Of a DNA stretch of 64,000 nt, positions 1 through 14,053 are shown piece by piece. Both the position numbers and the translations under genes were made by a program. The stretch comes from Rhizodiscina lignyota (lineage: Eukaryota): contig ML978122.1 in the NCBI GenBank assembly GCA_010015805.1, positions 62,001 through 126,000 of the forward strand. Direction: 5' to 3'. The first letter of the stretch is position 1, and every line of letters begins with the position of its first letter. A model generated the notes under the pieces. That model saw nothing but the letters and a program-made list of their open reading frames with translations. It did no database searches and was not told the origin of the DNA.

Positions 1-623
1 ACTGTAACTTCAAGAGCGAGACTCCGCTCTGCGGCAGCGTAACGTAGAATTTCTAGCGAACTAAGAGAGAATTTTGACAATGACGCCATACTGTTTGTCT
101 CATAGCCGATCACGGAGAATGAAGAACGAAACTATGTTATCATGGTATGCTTCTTTGCGGGCGCAAAACCTCCCTTGACACGTTGATCGCGGCACTCTTT
201 AGCGCGGCCTGTAATTTTCATTTTTTACACTCTTATAAACAAAGATTTACAAAAGTTTATGAATTTTTCAGCGCGCTAACCCCTGATTATATTACACTAT
301 CCGCGAACACCGTCCTCGTTCAGCACTTAGCAGTGTTGTCGATGGCTCACGTTCACTTTGAATGTCCACAAGCGCTCTGTCTTCATTTCTAGTACCTCTT
401 CCGTCTTTGGATGAAATATTGAAGAGATGGGCTATTCATCCACGAGGATGTAAGAGACGTGGGTGGTCATGCAATGCGAAGCCTCTGTACTAAATTTTGC
501 ATTATTCACCTGCTGAATCAGGTAAGATTGTATATCACAAGAGACTAGAGATAGGAGAGGGGATCAACTAGATCAGTATTCGACATTGAGATGGATTATG
601 ATAACTCATGAAGACATATCTAC

Positions 624-1755
624 TTACACTTTCTCTAGTGCTTGCAAGTATCCCAGTACTCTCCCAACTAGATCCTTCCGTGGCCCAGCTTGATCATCAT
701 TACTTAACGCGTGGGAAGCGCCGGGTATGACTCCACTATGGTCTTGATCCCATATCTGGGTTTCTCCATCGTGATCAGTTGCATTCTTCCACCTCAACAA
801 GTTGTTCTCTTTGTTAACCCAATCGGGAACTGCCTGGTCCGCCCCTGAAGAGAGTACCATCAACTTGTACTTCAACAGTCCCCGCTTCTGAATCATTCCA
901 AAGGTCTCTCCCAGCCGTTCGTCGCTCAGGTCTGAACTGAACAAGTCATCCTCCTGAGGTGATTGGGGACTTTCCGGACTGTTGAGGCTTAGGAACCTTC
1001 GGCAGCTCAGTGGAGTATTGGATGGATAGCCAATCTGAGAAGTCATCCACAAAGGCAGCATGGTATCACGGGATTGATCGTGACGAACAGCTTCCTTCGC
1101 CATGGCTTCCACCTTCTCATACAATACTCGAACCTCGCTTGGCGACTTGCCCCCGATACCCATCTTTAAGACCCAGAGAATGGCTTCTCTGTCGGACACC
1201 GGTGCTTGCATGATGGCTCCATCGATCGCCGGACGTTTAATGTGTTCGAGCTCAGGATCAAAGGCCGGAGTGCTTGTGTGGGGATTCGGCCGATATAGAT
1301 AATGCAAGACATCTTGACTCCCAGTAGAGTGGCCCATGAGGACAAACTTGCCCGGCCCAAATTTGGTTTCCTTGTAATCTTTGAGATACTGTACACATTG
1401 AGCAATCTCATCCGTGTCTCTGTCAAGATGTCCAAGGCCCCATGCTTGATAGGAAGACGTGAGATTCAGGGTGAAGATAGACCATTCGGTTGGCTGTAAC
1501 GCATGCGCGAGATCAGCCATATAAGATGTCGTAGCAATGCCATCTCCCAAACCGCCAACAAAGAGAAGACTGTGAGGTTTGCGGGTGGTGTTGGAAGTAA
1601 ACTCAAATGTTACGAGAGTCTCCGTCTACACCTCCCACGCATCGGATATCTTGTTAGCTACACCTTCACGATTATAGATAAGCGCGGAACCCGAAACATA
1701 CGTAATGATGTAAAATACCGGGGAGACCTCCCTTGGGCCAGAATTTGGAACACAT
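624..1755 (-). CDS. sidJ: Fusarinine C esterase SidJ-like alpha/beta hydrolase (DUF1749 family)
   Basis: Exon 1 MCSKFWPKGGLPGILHHY starts at ATG 1755. GT-AG intron at 1701-1626, then TETLVTFEF...LLFVGGLGDG, nucleophile motif GHSTGSQD and IPGASH. Lies within a siderophore cluster. Confidence 0.85.
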
Positions 1756-2144
1756 ATTAAAATGGAAATACTGAGTATTCAGGACTCAGCAGAATCGATG
1801 GAATGACCGAGGAAAGAAACAAAAGGCACTTTAAACTGCCCAGTGAGAAAAAATTCAATGGCGGTCGCATGCTGGCAGGGGTCCAGGGGGTTGCGACGTT
1901 CGCTAGCCCTGTTTAGATGTAGGAGGATTTTGCTGTAATGTTTCAAGCTGTACATATGTACTGTACCCTGCAGCTTTAACGTGCGTTGAATGTTCGGCGA
2001 TATATTCCGGCAACAAGGCCGTGACAGGCGGAAGCTAGAATAAAGTAGGAATAATCTTCTGCCAAGCTTGGGTCTTCGACACGGTAGTAGTGCTGCAGCT
2101 ACGCTACGCTAGCCAGCAATGAGCAGGGGCATGGACACTAGAAG

Positions 2145-2390
2145 ATCTGATTAGATTATTACCGGTTCTGGTAATGTGGGCCGTCGCTTATGCAGTAGGA
2201 TGAGACCACCAATGCAAAGTGGGAGCACCCAATTTCGCGCCAATAGTGCGAGCAAAAGATGCTGTCGGATGAAGATCCACTTTGAGATTAAACCTTAGCT
2301 TTAATATGACCAAGTGGAGCCAGTCGGAGAGAGAGCTTGGTAGTTACCCCCACGTCTGCATCATATTATCGATAGATCATCAGATTAGAT
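2145..2390. promoter_or_regulatory. SreA-like GATA motifs in the divergent sidJ/sitT promoter
   Basis: ATCTGATTAGAT at 2145-2156 and ATCAGATTAGAT at 2379-2390. Each is one mismatch from ATCWGATAA, the known motif of fungal iron-responsive GATA repressors. Confidence 0.55.
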
Positions 2391-2759
2391 GATTAATAGT
2401 TACCTAATTTGGCGAGCGTCGACAATATGCCATGGTACTAGCAGTGCACTCTGTAATTCAGCAGATGTACGTTACGGCAATGCAAGACTCATCTATCTTT
2501 ACAAAACGGCTAGGTTATGTCGTGCTTGTGTCGTGCCCGGTATTGCTATACCCCATAGCTTCCGACAAGATTTTCTAGAGCGACCTCGGAATCGAGTGAC
2601 ATTTCACGAGGCATATGAAGCATTTCTACTCGACGTAACTGCGATCTTGCAGCCTAACGCTATCAGCGAGATATTGGCCACCACGAGCATTCTATAATTC
2701 AGATACAGGACAGCAGCAATCACAACACTGCAAGCAGACGGCGTCAACTTCGAGTCACT

Positions 2760-5700
2760 ATGGGGCCCAGCCAGAAGCTTGTGGGCTATTCCTCTATGCT
2801 TTTGGCCGGAAACCCTTCAAAGGTCGATCTGGCCACGTTACTAATAGGTATACTATGTGCAATAGTATCTGGCATCCCGTTTCCATTGATTGGAATTCTG
2901 TTCGGTCAGCTCCTGAACGATTTTAATGCGGCAACATGTGATTCATCTGACGCTTCCGGCTCCGGAAACCAATATCAAGACTACGCCAACGACAAGATCC
3001 TGGTGATATTGTATCTGGCCATTGCTCAATTTGTTACGATCTACGCTCACCTCTCATGCTGGAGTCTGTACGGTGCTCGGCTGGCGCAGAGACTGCGAGA
3101 AAGTTATCTGCAGAACTTGCTACGTCAAGAGCCGTCGTACTTTGACAATCTGCCCCCGGGGGAAGTTGCCTCTCGACTTGATAGCGACATCCAGACAATT
3201 CGCTCGGGCACCAGTGAAAAAGTGGGAATATGCCTCGCGAGCGTGTCCTTTTTCATCACGGCGTATATCGTGGCTTTCATCAAGGATTACAGACTTGCAG
3301 CAATGCTGATCTCGTTGATTCCAGCCTATTTCTTGATGTCGTTTGTTGGAAGTCACTACATCGAAAAGTACTCCGAGCTCATGTCTGATCATGCCGCTAC
3401 CGCTGCATCAATTGCCTCAGAAGCCCTCTCCAACATCGTCGTGGTGCAGGCCTTCGGTGCAAACGCTCGGCTGGAGAACAAATTCTCCAATGCACTTAAA
3501 GCTTCAGAGAATCAGGGCCTGAAGAAAGCTACGGCAGTTGGAATCCAATCTGGCTTCTTGTACTTCATCGCTTATTCTGCGAATGGTTTAGCATTTTGGC
3601 AAGGGAGCAAACATATCGCAGATGCAGTCAGCCAACACTCTCAGGGCGGTGCCACCGTGGGTGCTACGTTTACAGTGATTTTTATCCTGGTCGAAGGTGA
3701 GCCGGATTCGTATCTTACTACAAAGTCGTACTAACACAACAGCAGCTACTTTGCTCTTAAGTCAAGTTGCACCGTTTCTCCACCTGTTTACAGCAGCCGT
3801 GGCTTCCTTCCAGAAGTTGCATAGAGACATCAATCGTCAACCGCTAGTTGACGCCACTACTGCATCCGGCCTTCGTCTCCCACAGGCAGAAGGCGGCTTC
3901 GAATTTAAAAATGTTTCGTTCAATTATCCGTCCAGGCCAGAGATCACTGTTCTCGACCACATCAACCTGCATATTCCGCCTAAGAAGCATACCGCCATTG
4001 TTGGCCTTTCAGGAAGCGGCAAGTCAACTGTTGCCGGCCTGGTCACCAGATTGTATGAGCCCACCCAGGGACAGATTCTCTTTGATGGCCACGATCTTCG
4101 TGATCTCAATGTCCGTGACTTGAGAGGTTTCCTCAGCCTGGTACAGCAAGAACCCTCTCTCCTCGACCGTTCCCTTCTGGAGAATATTGCACATGGCTTG
4201 ATTAACTCGAGCAATCCTGACCATGCGCATTTAAAGATGACACTTCTCGGTTCCGACCTTACGGACGTGGCAGGCGAAGTCAGGGAGGGCCAGGATCTCA
4301 TGACTGCAGCGGAGAAACGGGGTCCAACTGTTGCCAGCATTATTGCCTTGGTCAGAAAGGCTGCAGCTCTCGCAGATGCAGATGCCTTCATTGTTGGCTT
4401 GCAACATGGATACGGCACAATCGTGGGCTCGAGTGGGCGGCTGATCAGTGGTGGCCAGAAGCAACGAGTGGCTCTTGCTAGAGCTCTCATCAAGGATCCT
4501 GCAGTTCTCATCTTGGACGAAGCCACGGCTTCTCTGGATTCGAGAAGTGAACAGCGTATTCAGCGGGCTATATCAAGCATTGCTAGCGACAGAACTATGA
4601 TCACGATTGCTCATCGTCTATCGACGATTACCAGTGCGGACAACATCATCGTTATGCATAAGGGATGTATCCTGGAGGAGGGAAGTCATTCGGCATTGAT
4701 GGCTAAGAATGGAGCTTATGCTGATCTAGTCAAACTACAAACCCTCGGATCCGTGTCTGGAAAGGATGAAACAACAGTCGACATAGACAGTATCAGCACG
4801 TCTGGTCGGGCCTCTTGGAGAAGCACTGATATCGAGAAGGGCGAGCTGTCACGCGATGACCTTGGAATCGAAGAGAAGGCCGAGTTCACAACGAGCGAAG
4901 CTCTAGTCGCTGACTCTGCAGAAGAATTGGAAGAGCCCGAAACTCCATCTAAATCTTTGTGGGTCCTTATGCGAGGATATGCGCCGGTTTTGAGACCGCA
5001 TCTCCTCGTCATCATTGTTGCACTTCTCGGCTCGAGCGTTGTCGGTGGATCCTTCTCCGCTGAAGCTGTCATCTTCGGAAACACAGTTGGGAGTCTGAGT
5101 CCTTGCAAAAGCGCAGCTAGTATTCGATCTCGGGGCGATTTTTTTGGCCTCATGTTCTTCATACTCGCAATCATCGAGTTCTTCGCAAACCTGGTTAGTT
5201 GGTCTAGGTTCGGCTGGGTCAGTGAGAAGGTTGTCTATACTGTGAGGGTCTTATCATTTCGCTCCCTTTTCGAGAAAGACATCCAATGGCATCAGTCTGA
5301 AGGCCGGACACCCGCCTTGCTCCTCTCCTATTTGACCAGAGATGGTAATGCCTTAGCTGGCCTGAGCGGCTCTGTCATTGGCACGCTATTCTCAATCACC
5401 GTCAACCTCATCGCAGCAATCATCCTGACACACATCATTGCTTGGAAAATAGCTTTGGTCTGCCTGTCTTTAGTACCACTTCTGCTTGGAGCCGGTCTTA
5501 TGGAGCTTCGAGTGCTCGGTAAGTTTGAAGAACAGCACGAATCTGCATATACCAAGTCGGTCGATATCGGTGTCGAGGCAATCACGTCTATCAGAACAAT
5601 CGCGTCCCTTTCGCTAGAAGAGGAGACACTGGAGACCTACCGACGATCCTTGAAAGGGCCTCGCAAGGCGACGCTCAAAGTCACCCTACAAGCAAGTCTC

Positions 5701-6780
5701 TGGCAGGCAATGACATATTTCCTCGGCAACCTTGTGAATGCGCTGGCATATTGGTGGGGCGCCAAACAAATTATATCGGGCGACTACACACAGACGCAGT
5801 TCTTGATCGTGGTGTTCTCCCTTCTTGTCAGCGCACTGCTCTGGAGCCAAATGTTTGCTCTCGCACCTGAGCTTTCCAGTGCCCGAGCGGCGATGGCAAG
5901 AATTTTGGGCCTGATCGAGACAGGGTCAGACAAGATGCAAGGACGCTTGCGTAGCCCTTCACTCAATACATTTTCGAAAGAGCAGGATCTCGAAGCGACG
6001 GCCGAGACAAAACCCTCTTATCCGTCTGGCAACCAGGCATCGAGCGTACAACTCCGCGATCTCCATTTCTCATACCCTACTCGGCCAAACATGAAAGTTT
6101 TGAACGGCTTGAGTATTGATATCCAGCCAGGGAAATTCTGTGCTCTTGTTGGTCCAAGTGGTGCCGGTAAATCGACAATCATTTCATTGGTCGAGCGGTT
6201 GTACACGCCACAGTCTGGATCCATCTTGATTGATGGCGTCGACCTGACAAATTCCAGAGACATTGGTTTCCGCGACATGATTGCGTTAGTACCACAAGAA
6301 AGTGTGCTATTTGAGGGGAGTATCGAGTTCAACATTGGTCTCGGTGCGAGAGCAGGGCACGAAGTGACCCTGGACGAAATCAAAGAGGCATGTAAGCTCG
6401 CCAATATCCACGACACAATTGAAGCATTGCCAGAAGGGTACAATACCCTTTGCGGGCCAAATGGCAGCCAATTCTCGGGAGGTCAGAAACAACGGTTATC
6501 GATCGCTCGGGCGCTCGTTCGAAAGCCCAAGTTGTTGATTCTGGACGAACCAACGAGTGCTTTGGATGCCGAATCGGAGAAGCTATTGCAAGACGGGCTT
6601 GAAAAGGCAGCAAGAGGAATCACCGTCATCGCGATTGCTCATCGTCTGCACACGATAAGAAAGGCGGATGTCATCTTCCTAATCGAAGCAGGTCAGTGTG
6701 CTGATCACGGAACGCACGAAGAATTGCTCGAAAGGTCGGAAAGCTACAGGGCAAACGTCATGCATCAAACAGTAGGGTGA
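2760..6780 (+). CDS. sitT: ABCB/MDR-type full-length ABC transporter, SitT-like siderophore exporter
   Basis: TMD-NBD-TMD-NBD layout. Walker A GLSGSGKS and GPSGAGKS, signatures ISGGQKQR and FSGGQKQR, Walker B LILDE. Intron 3697-~3745 (GTGAGC...TACTAAC...CAG). The true start may lie in an upstream exon. Confidence 0.9.
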
Positions 6781-7176
6781 TAAGGGGATAGCGCTGAGGT
6801 AGAACATGATTACAATTCTAAGACAGTGCAGTAGCATTCGGGTTGCAACGCTCTATACTTTGGAAAATTTTCAGATGATTCTCCCCCTTGCGTCTTCTAG
6901 ATACTGGAAAAAGTGGAAATTTCCACCCACTATAAGTGCTCTAACTTTCTAGACGTGATTGGGAAATTACTTCAGTGCTCAAAGTAATCATTTTAACTAA
7001 TCGCATTCATATACTCTGCCCTTTTTTAAAGTCTCAATTTTATTTTCTTTTTCTTTTGCACTTTCTTTTCTCTCCGTTTCCTTGTATGCATTCAATGAAT
7101 AGGAAAGGAAAAACTCCGTATCCATAAATCAAACTCGGGTCTTACTGCCCGTTCAGATAGGTAATAGCTGCCATGA

Positions 7177-10100
7177 TCAATTCACCGGGTAGAACATTTC
7201 ACCACCAAGCAATACATCCTCTGGCCGACAGATCGCCAACTCTTGAACGTTTGCAACCAGCTCAACAAGGGTTGCATCCACAAATGCTGGGTCCCTTTCG
7301 CTTCCAACCACTCCGACATGCGTCTGTCCGCCTCTCACAAATGAGACGGCTTTCAAAGGATGAGCAGCATCCCCATGTGGATTCAGAATGTCCACCCTGC
7401 AAGTCCTATCTGCAAAAGGCATGGTGTCAAAATCCTCAACATCCTGATGATGAACGATGGAGTCGAAGAATCGTGTATCCGACGGCCATTGCGTGCATTG
7501 CTCGGATATTTTTTCGAACCCGAGGAAGTCATGTGCCGCAGATTCGGCGCTTTGTGTCTGCACGTACTGCAAGAGATCCATTGCTGTCCATTGTGGCTCG
7601 AACAAGACTCTGGTTGGGGTAAACTGGTAACACGGGCCCATGACATTCTCTGCGTACGTGAGTTCGATGTTTCGGCCGGAGGTAATGCTGCCAAATGTCA
7701 CATCCGGTTTCTGAAGACGACGGGCCAGCACCAATGCCCATGCTGCGGTGAGCAAGTTCGCCGTGGTAATCTCCATGGGGCGTTTGGAGATGTCGACGGG
7801 TTTTGCCTGGAATATCGGTTTGTCCGCAGGCTGCCCCAACATCCCGTCCAGAACGGACAGTGATGAGCCTTTCAGAAGATCGCGCCAGTAGTTGATTGCT
7901 TTGGTCTGAGTGCTCTCATCGCGAATTCGCGCCATATATGAGGGGTATGGCTCGAAATCAACAATCTTTCCTCCACTGTACAAAGTCTCCAAATCTCGAA
8001 GCAGCCTCGGCAGAGAGATGCCATCATACTGAGCGTGAGACAGGCGTATTATGAGGCACTCTTGTCCATCGTTACCTTCGACATGGATTAGTTTGAAGAA
8101 AGATGATCCTAGGTGGAAGTTTGATTCTATGTCCATCGTGCAGAGGTCGGTGACGTATTGCTCAATATCCTTGTCAGCCTGTCGCATGGTTACAGGAGCA
8201 TCCAGCTCATCCAGGACAACTTGAAAGAAGATCGATTCATGTCGGATGAAGATGGTGCGCAGAATGTCGTGGGTCTTGACAAGGTCGTTGCAGGCCCGGA
8301 AAAGATGCTCTCGATCAAGGCCCTTGTCAAAGTGCAACATGGTGTATTGTATGGACGTTCTTGGCGCCTGAATGGTTGCTCTGACATCGAGTGCTTGGGA
8401 ATCTGCCACGGGGCATACATCTTGAATAGACCAACGTGGATCGGCAAGCTTCGGTCGGACAATCTCGGTCAAAAAGGGTTCTATGTCCAAATGGCCAAGC
8501 GTCCAATATGGCCTGTAAGACTGGGCTGTCTCTTGCGGCACCTCGTCCACTTTCAACACTCTGGCCGCGTCACCCAGACGCATGTGCCGAAAGATATCGG
8601 CCACTGTCAAGTGATGCCCTTGCACACGGAGGCTTGACACCAATTTCATCGCCAAGACGGAGTCGCCGCCGAGGCGGAAAAAATTGTCATCGACGTCAAT
8701 CTGCTCCGGACTCATTCCAAGAATTTCCCCCCAGGAAACCCGCAGAAGATTCTCTGCAGTTGTAAGATTTGTTTGCGCTGAGCTCTTCGACCAAGCCTCC
8801 TTGAAGCCTTCACGAAGCTGGGTGATCACATCTCGAGGGATGCTCGACGCAAGCTGGTTCAGCACATCGTGATCAATTTGTTCGGCGCTGAGGGGCATTT
8901 TGTCCACGACCACGTACGCAGAGGGGGCCATGTATGATGGAAGAGAGTCTTGGATGAATTTGTCCAGCTTTTTCAGCGCCACAGTAAGGCTCATGGGAAT
9001 AATCGGACAAATAGTTGTCTCAAAGCTTTGCAGGCCCGACATGTCGCAAGTTATATCATGTTTCACCGACATGAGCTCAACACTGTTGTCCTGAGAATGC
9101 TGTTGTTCGATGAAGACGATCAACTCTTGCTCCAATATCTGCTGAGTGCTATCCGACGATGACTGGAATGTCGCTGGCGCGGCACGGATTGTTGATGGGA
9201 GGTGCCTTTTAAGGTGAGCTTGGAAGTCTGCGATATCCACTGCATGGCCTTGAACCGGTATGACGTTCTCCTTTCGACGAACAAATATTAAGCTGCCATC
9301 GTCTCGCAACCGCACCATGTCGCCTGTCGAGTGAACTCTTCCCGTCCGACCGACATAAGCGGAGCTTCCAGCCACGAGCCAGGCTGGAGATTTAATACTT
9401 TCGGTGGACAAGAAGCTTCCTTCAAGCCGGAGTTCGCCAAGACAGCCGATGGGCGATAACAGAGACGAGTTCCGCGGATCACACACCCATGGAACAACCG
9501 CAGGAGGATAGATCGATCCTTGCTTAATGCTTGCATCTGCTCGAAGCCTTCCCGATGACTCGTCTAAGGACAACGGAGGGATTTGGTTCCATCGCCAGAT
9601 CTGATCCAATTCCGCCTCGGGCAGGCAAGATATGTCGCCAATTCTTGTGGAAAAATCGTTTGTCAACTGCAAACAAGCCATTTCTAGCTGCGCGAGGATT
9701 CGTTCCATTTGTGCAACCTCCACGAGGCTACTATCAAAACTTGCGCAGACTCTGAAACCCCCCTTTCGCATCCCGCAGGCCAGCATAAGTGGGTACGGGT
9801 TGAAGTGGAGTGCTTCGCGTACAACATCGCCCTCGTCAAAGCCTAGTTCGCTGGTGACGTACTCTGGTTCTGGCTGGATGACCAAGCCTGTGCCGGCTTC
9901 GCATGCGTGCTGGGCATCTCGGCTGACCTTTCTGATGTTTTGCATCCCCATATGCTGATATGGTGTACGGGCCAACATGCCTCGCTGCACAGTCTGTAGG
10001 TAAGATTCGACAGAGGTCATCCGGTCGATGCGTATCCGCACAGGTAGCGTCGCAATCAATGGACCCACGATACTTTCGACTCCAGGCAACGGAATATCCC

Positions 10101-13100
10101 GACCTGTGAGCGTCTCACCGAACACGACATCGTCACTTCCCGTGTATTGAGACGCCACAAGCGACCATGCACCGCGAATTAACGTTGCCATTGTGAAAGG
10201 CGATCCGGCACTCATCCTGAGGGGTATCTGTCGCTCTAGCATGGCATCCGGAATTGGTAAGAAGTCTCTAGATGGGAGGTGCGGGAACTGAGGTCCGACA
10301 GCACCTTGCAGCTCCCGTCGCCAAAATTCCTGCATAGCGACTTCATCGGTATCACGCACATATTTGGCAAAGTCCCTCATCTGGGCCTGTATCTCGATGT
10401 GCTGCCGTTGCAACGCATTGCTAACTTTGTCCAGTATTAGTGGCTCCGACCACCCATCGTAGAGTACGTGATGAATAGTCCAGACCATGTAACGCTTGCC
10501 ATCGTTCGAATCATCGACAATAGCATATCGAGCTAGACTTTCTCCAAGATCCATCTTCTCGTTCCGATCATTCTCCAGATATTGCGTCAAATCAGTCGAG
10601 TATCTCCAGGAGATGCATTCTTTCACTAAAACTTGCAGGAGGCCAGGCTCTTGGAGCTGAGCCAAGCGAGTGCGTAGTATAGGAGTTGCTGCAACAACCT
10701 CCTCCCATGCTTGTTTCCAGGCTTCAAGACCAATATGTGACGGAATACATGCAACTCTCTGAGCGACATATGCCTCAGTGGATTTGATCGAGAAGGTGAA
10801 CAGTGACTCTTGCGTGGGTGTGCAGGGGAAGATGTCTTCAATGGTTAGCCGATCTGATCCGCAAGCATGTGACGCTTCGAGACAGACGCTTTCGACATTC
10901 CGGGAGATCATTGAAAATGCTGGCGTTTCCATCCTTGTTTGTTCCTTGCAGACGTGGATGACGCCAACCATCTCTGAGAGTGTGGGGTGTCCAAAAATGC
11001 TGGCGACAGTGAGGTCGAGACCTTCTGCTCTACAGACAGGTACAAGCCTCATTGCCATCAAGGAGTCGCCGCCCAAGGCAAAAAAATTGTCCTCAAGTCG
11101 AATGGTTTTTGGATCAAGGCTCAACGACTGGCCCCACGCCTGTCGCAGACGTTGCTCAAGATCACTTAGCTCTCGAGTGGCGTTGATCATTGCGCCTTGA
11201 TCCAACTGTCGCAAGTCGACTGTGGTACCAAACTGCCTGAGTCGTTTGCGATCAGTCTTGCCCGAAATTAGAACAGGGATGCAATTGACCGGTATATTTG
11301 CCGTTGGCACCATATATCGCGGTAATACTTTCGCCAGGTCTGCATCAGCTTCTGATAGCGTTTCGCGCAGCCCGTTGGTGAGCTGCGCCAACCTTAAATC
11401 TGTATGCTCATGTCCCTTCGTGGATTTGGACGCAATGAATGCCACTAACGTAGGTTGTCCCCCAGATCCCAGAGGCGTAATCACCTCAGCGATCACGCTG
11501 GTATCCGGAGGCAGTCTGGCCTTGAGCTGGCTCTCAATTTCACCAAGTTCAACACGTTGTCCACGCAATTTGACCTGCGTGTCTTTCCGTCCAACAAAGA
11601 CAATGCCCCCGGAACCATCAGGGTCGTATTTTCCAAGGTCTCCAGTTTTGTATAGGCGCCCGCCACGGCCAGGATAGCCTTTGTGGCCTGCAACCAGCCA
11701 TGGCGGATCTTTGATGAAGGCGGCTGAGGTCTTGTCGGGGTCATTCAAGTAGCCTTGTCCTACTATCGGGCCCTCAACCAGCAGCTCGCCTACAGCGCCA
11801 ATTGGCATTAGCGATTCGTGATCATTTGGGTCAGTGATCCAGATGGCCGCTCCATTGCCTCCCCCAATGGAGATGTAGTCTCTGCCAGTAGCGGCGCTGC
11901 TGTTGATCGTGCATCCGATGGTACATTCACAGGGACCATAGCCTATGATAATCCTGGTGTCTTGGCCCCAGATCGTAACATCCCTTGCCGAGACCGCCTC
12001 TCCTCCAAGCCCTAGTCCACTGAGCGATGATATAACATCTGGATCTAATATCCGGGCCACTGACGGGGTCAGGCCTGCGTAGTCAACCCGCATTCTTCGC
12101 ATCGCCCCATTGATGTCGTTCAACCGATCCTCGTCGGAGGGGATGCAGAGACAGCCGCCGTTTCCGAGAGTTAATAGCATACTGTCGATACTGACGTCGA
12201 AGGCGTAGGATGCAAAATCAAGAACCCTGGAGGTCTCGGTATAGCCAACTGCTTTCGCTCGAGGAATGGCGCTACTAGTATAAGTTTCGTGAGAGATCTT
12301 GACTCCTTTCGGAGTGCCCGTGCTGCCAGAAGTGAAGATTATGTACATTAGGGCAGATGGTGGCACGGCTGTTAACTCTGGAACGACTTGGGAGTTTGAG
12401 TAGTGTGCAAATGTGTCTTCTTCCACAACGATAAATTTCCCACTCGGTATGACTGACGTCGATAGGTCGCGCTGCCTGCGGGACGTCAGCATTGCCTTTG
12501 CAGTGACCTGTTCCGCCATATTTTGGAGGCGGGCGAGCGGAAGCGTAGGGTCCATAAGCACGAAAGTCGATCCCGCTTTCATCGCTGCAAGCACGGCGAT
12601 AATTGTCCATCTTGACTTCTCAAAGCAAATAGGCAGAAAATCATGCAAGTCAACACCCATTTCTTTGAGCAAGCACGCTACGTGCGTGGAATATTGGTCG
12701 ACTTGGGCATACGTTAAGCTGCCATCCCAGGATGAGATTGCCTCTTTGTCTGGGAATTTTTGAGCTCGTTCGGAAATCATGTCGTGCATGCAAAACGTGT
12801 AAGATGGAGGCAGGAGGTGGTTCCATTCCCATATCTTGTCTAGATCACGTGAATTCGGTCGAATGCAGTCCCCAATAGACGCATCAGGATTCGAAATGCA
12901 CATCTTGACGGTGTCGACCAGTGTCTCGATGTGTCGGGTTACCGCATGTTGCAGCATATTTCCCGTGTACCATACTGGGCGGACCTCGAGACGGTCATTC
13001 CTAAAGCGTATTGCGAGGTGAATGACGCCCTTTGCTCATTATAATTAGCTAATTGATAACTAGGATGGATCATTCACTCACTTCATTTCTCGCCTCCTCC

Positions 13101-13543
13101 GACGTCCGGGACAGAGAACCAGTGCTCAAGAGGAGCGAAGCGGGAAAGGACAAAGCTTCATGTTGGCTTGGTTCAACTGCCATTATGTGACGAGAGATTG
13201 CTACAGCAGCTTGTCCAACAGTACTTTGTAATCCTGTCAAGACCTCGTCCATCGATAGATGTCTATCTCCTGGCTCATGCTCAAAGCCATTCGCTCGACT
13301 TCTGTAAGCCCAATCATAAGATATCTGGCTACTTTCCCGGGTCCGTAAGAGCACGATGAGCCAGGACAGAAGCAATATTTCATCACTCATGCCTGTCGGA
13401 GAGTTGGTTTGACGAGGCACGAGACCGACGATGTCGAAAGACCTGAAGCCATCGCCATCGGGCTGTCCTGAAGACAAACTGCCGACAGATTCATCTTCAG
13501 AGGAACTCTGATCTTGTGTGCCGGCAACCTGTATATAGCCCAT
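7177..13543 (-). CDS. sidD: Fusarinine-type siderophore NRPS SidD/NPS6 (A-T-C-degenerate A-T-C), about 2104 aa
   Basis: Exon 1 (13543-13082) joins in frame across intron 13081-13030. A-domain motifs YIIFTSGSTGTPKG, GYGPCE and YKTGDL; two thiolation motifs FFxLGGDS; condensation motifs HHVLYDG and SHAQYDG; second A domain truncated. Confidence 0.95.
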
Positions 13544-13796
13544 GCTACCTGCAATCCAGCGTGTCTGGTCTTAGGGTCCTGGCGACTGGAGGTTGGGAGG
13601 AAGAGTTCGGTACCGACCTCCCGTTCCATTAACTAGAGCTTCTGCGTGCGTATAACCTCCATGGCGAGACGTGTATTATGCGGTAACGAAAACCAAGTGG
13701 TATTATGGTCAGAGTAAAGTAGAGGTGTAAACAACGTTGTATCCGACCTGCACGGCTCTGCGGACCGAGCCCGCGCTCGCATGGCGATTTGTCATT

Positions 13797-13841
13797 TCAT
13801 CTGATAAGATGAACGCCCTGCGGCTCATCTGATAAGATGAA
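13797..13841. promoter_or_regulatory. Two perfect SreA-type iron-repressor sites upstream of sidD
   Basis: 17-bp direct repeat TCATCTGATAAGATGAA at 13797-13813 and 13825-13841, each containing ATCTGATAA. Confidence 0.85.
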
Positions 13842-14053
13842 AACTCTGCACACGCTAGCGCGTAGTGCAGACATGGTTCCTTACCGTGGAAATGCAACAG
13901 CACGACATGTGTAACAGCACGACATCTGACGAGACGGAAGCCCTCCACCAGGGCGGAAGGCTCAACGCGAACACGGCTCACGCTGCAAAGCGCACAACAA
14001 GGCTCGATTAATTAGATTGATGCTTAAACCTAAAGCGGCATTGCCACGCCGTC

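Noticed and set aside
147..392. 81-aa ORF or possible transposon relic at the left edge
   Set aside because: No recognisable domain, terminal repeat or transposase motif.
3924..6443. Long antisense ORFs over the ABC transporter, and similar shadow ORFs over the NRPS, kinesin, PG, DnaJ and EVE genes
   Set aside because: These are expected shadows of codon-biased genes on the opposite strand.
6913..6926. Perfect 14-bp palindrome GTGGAAATTTCCAC between sitT and sidD
   Set aside because: A single short palindrome in an AT-rich terminator region, with no supporting context.
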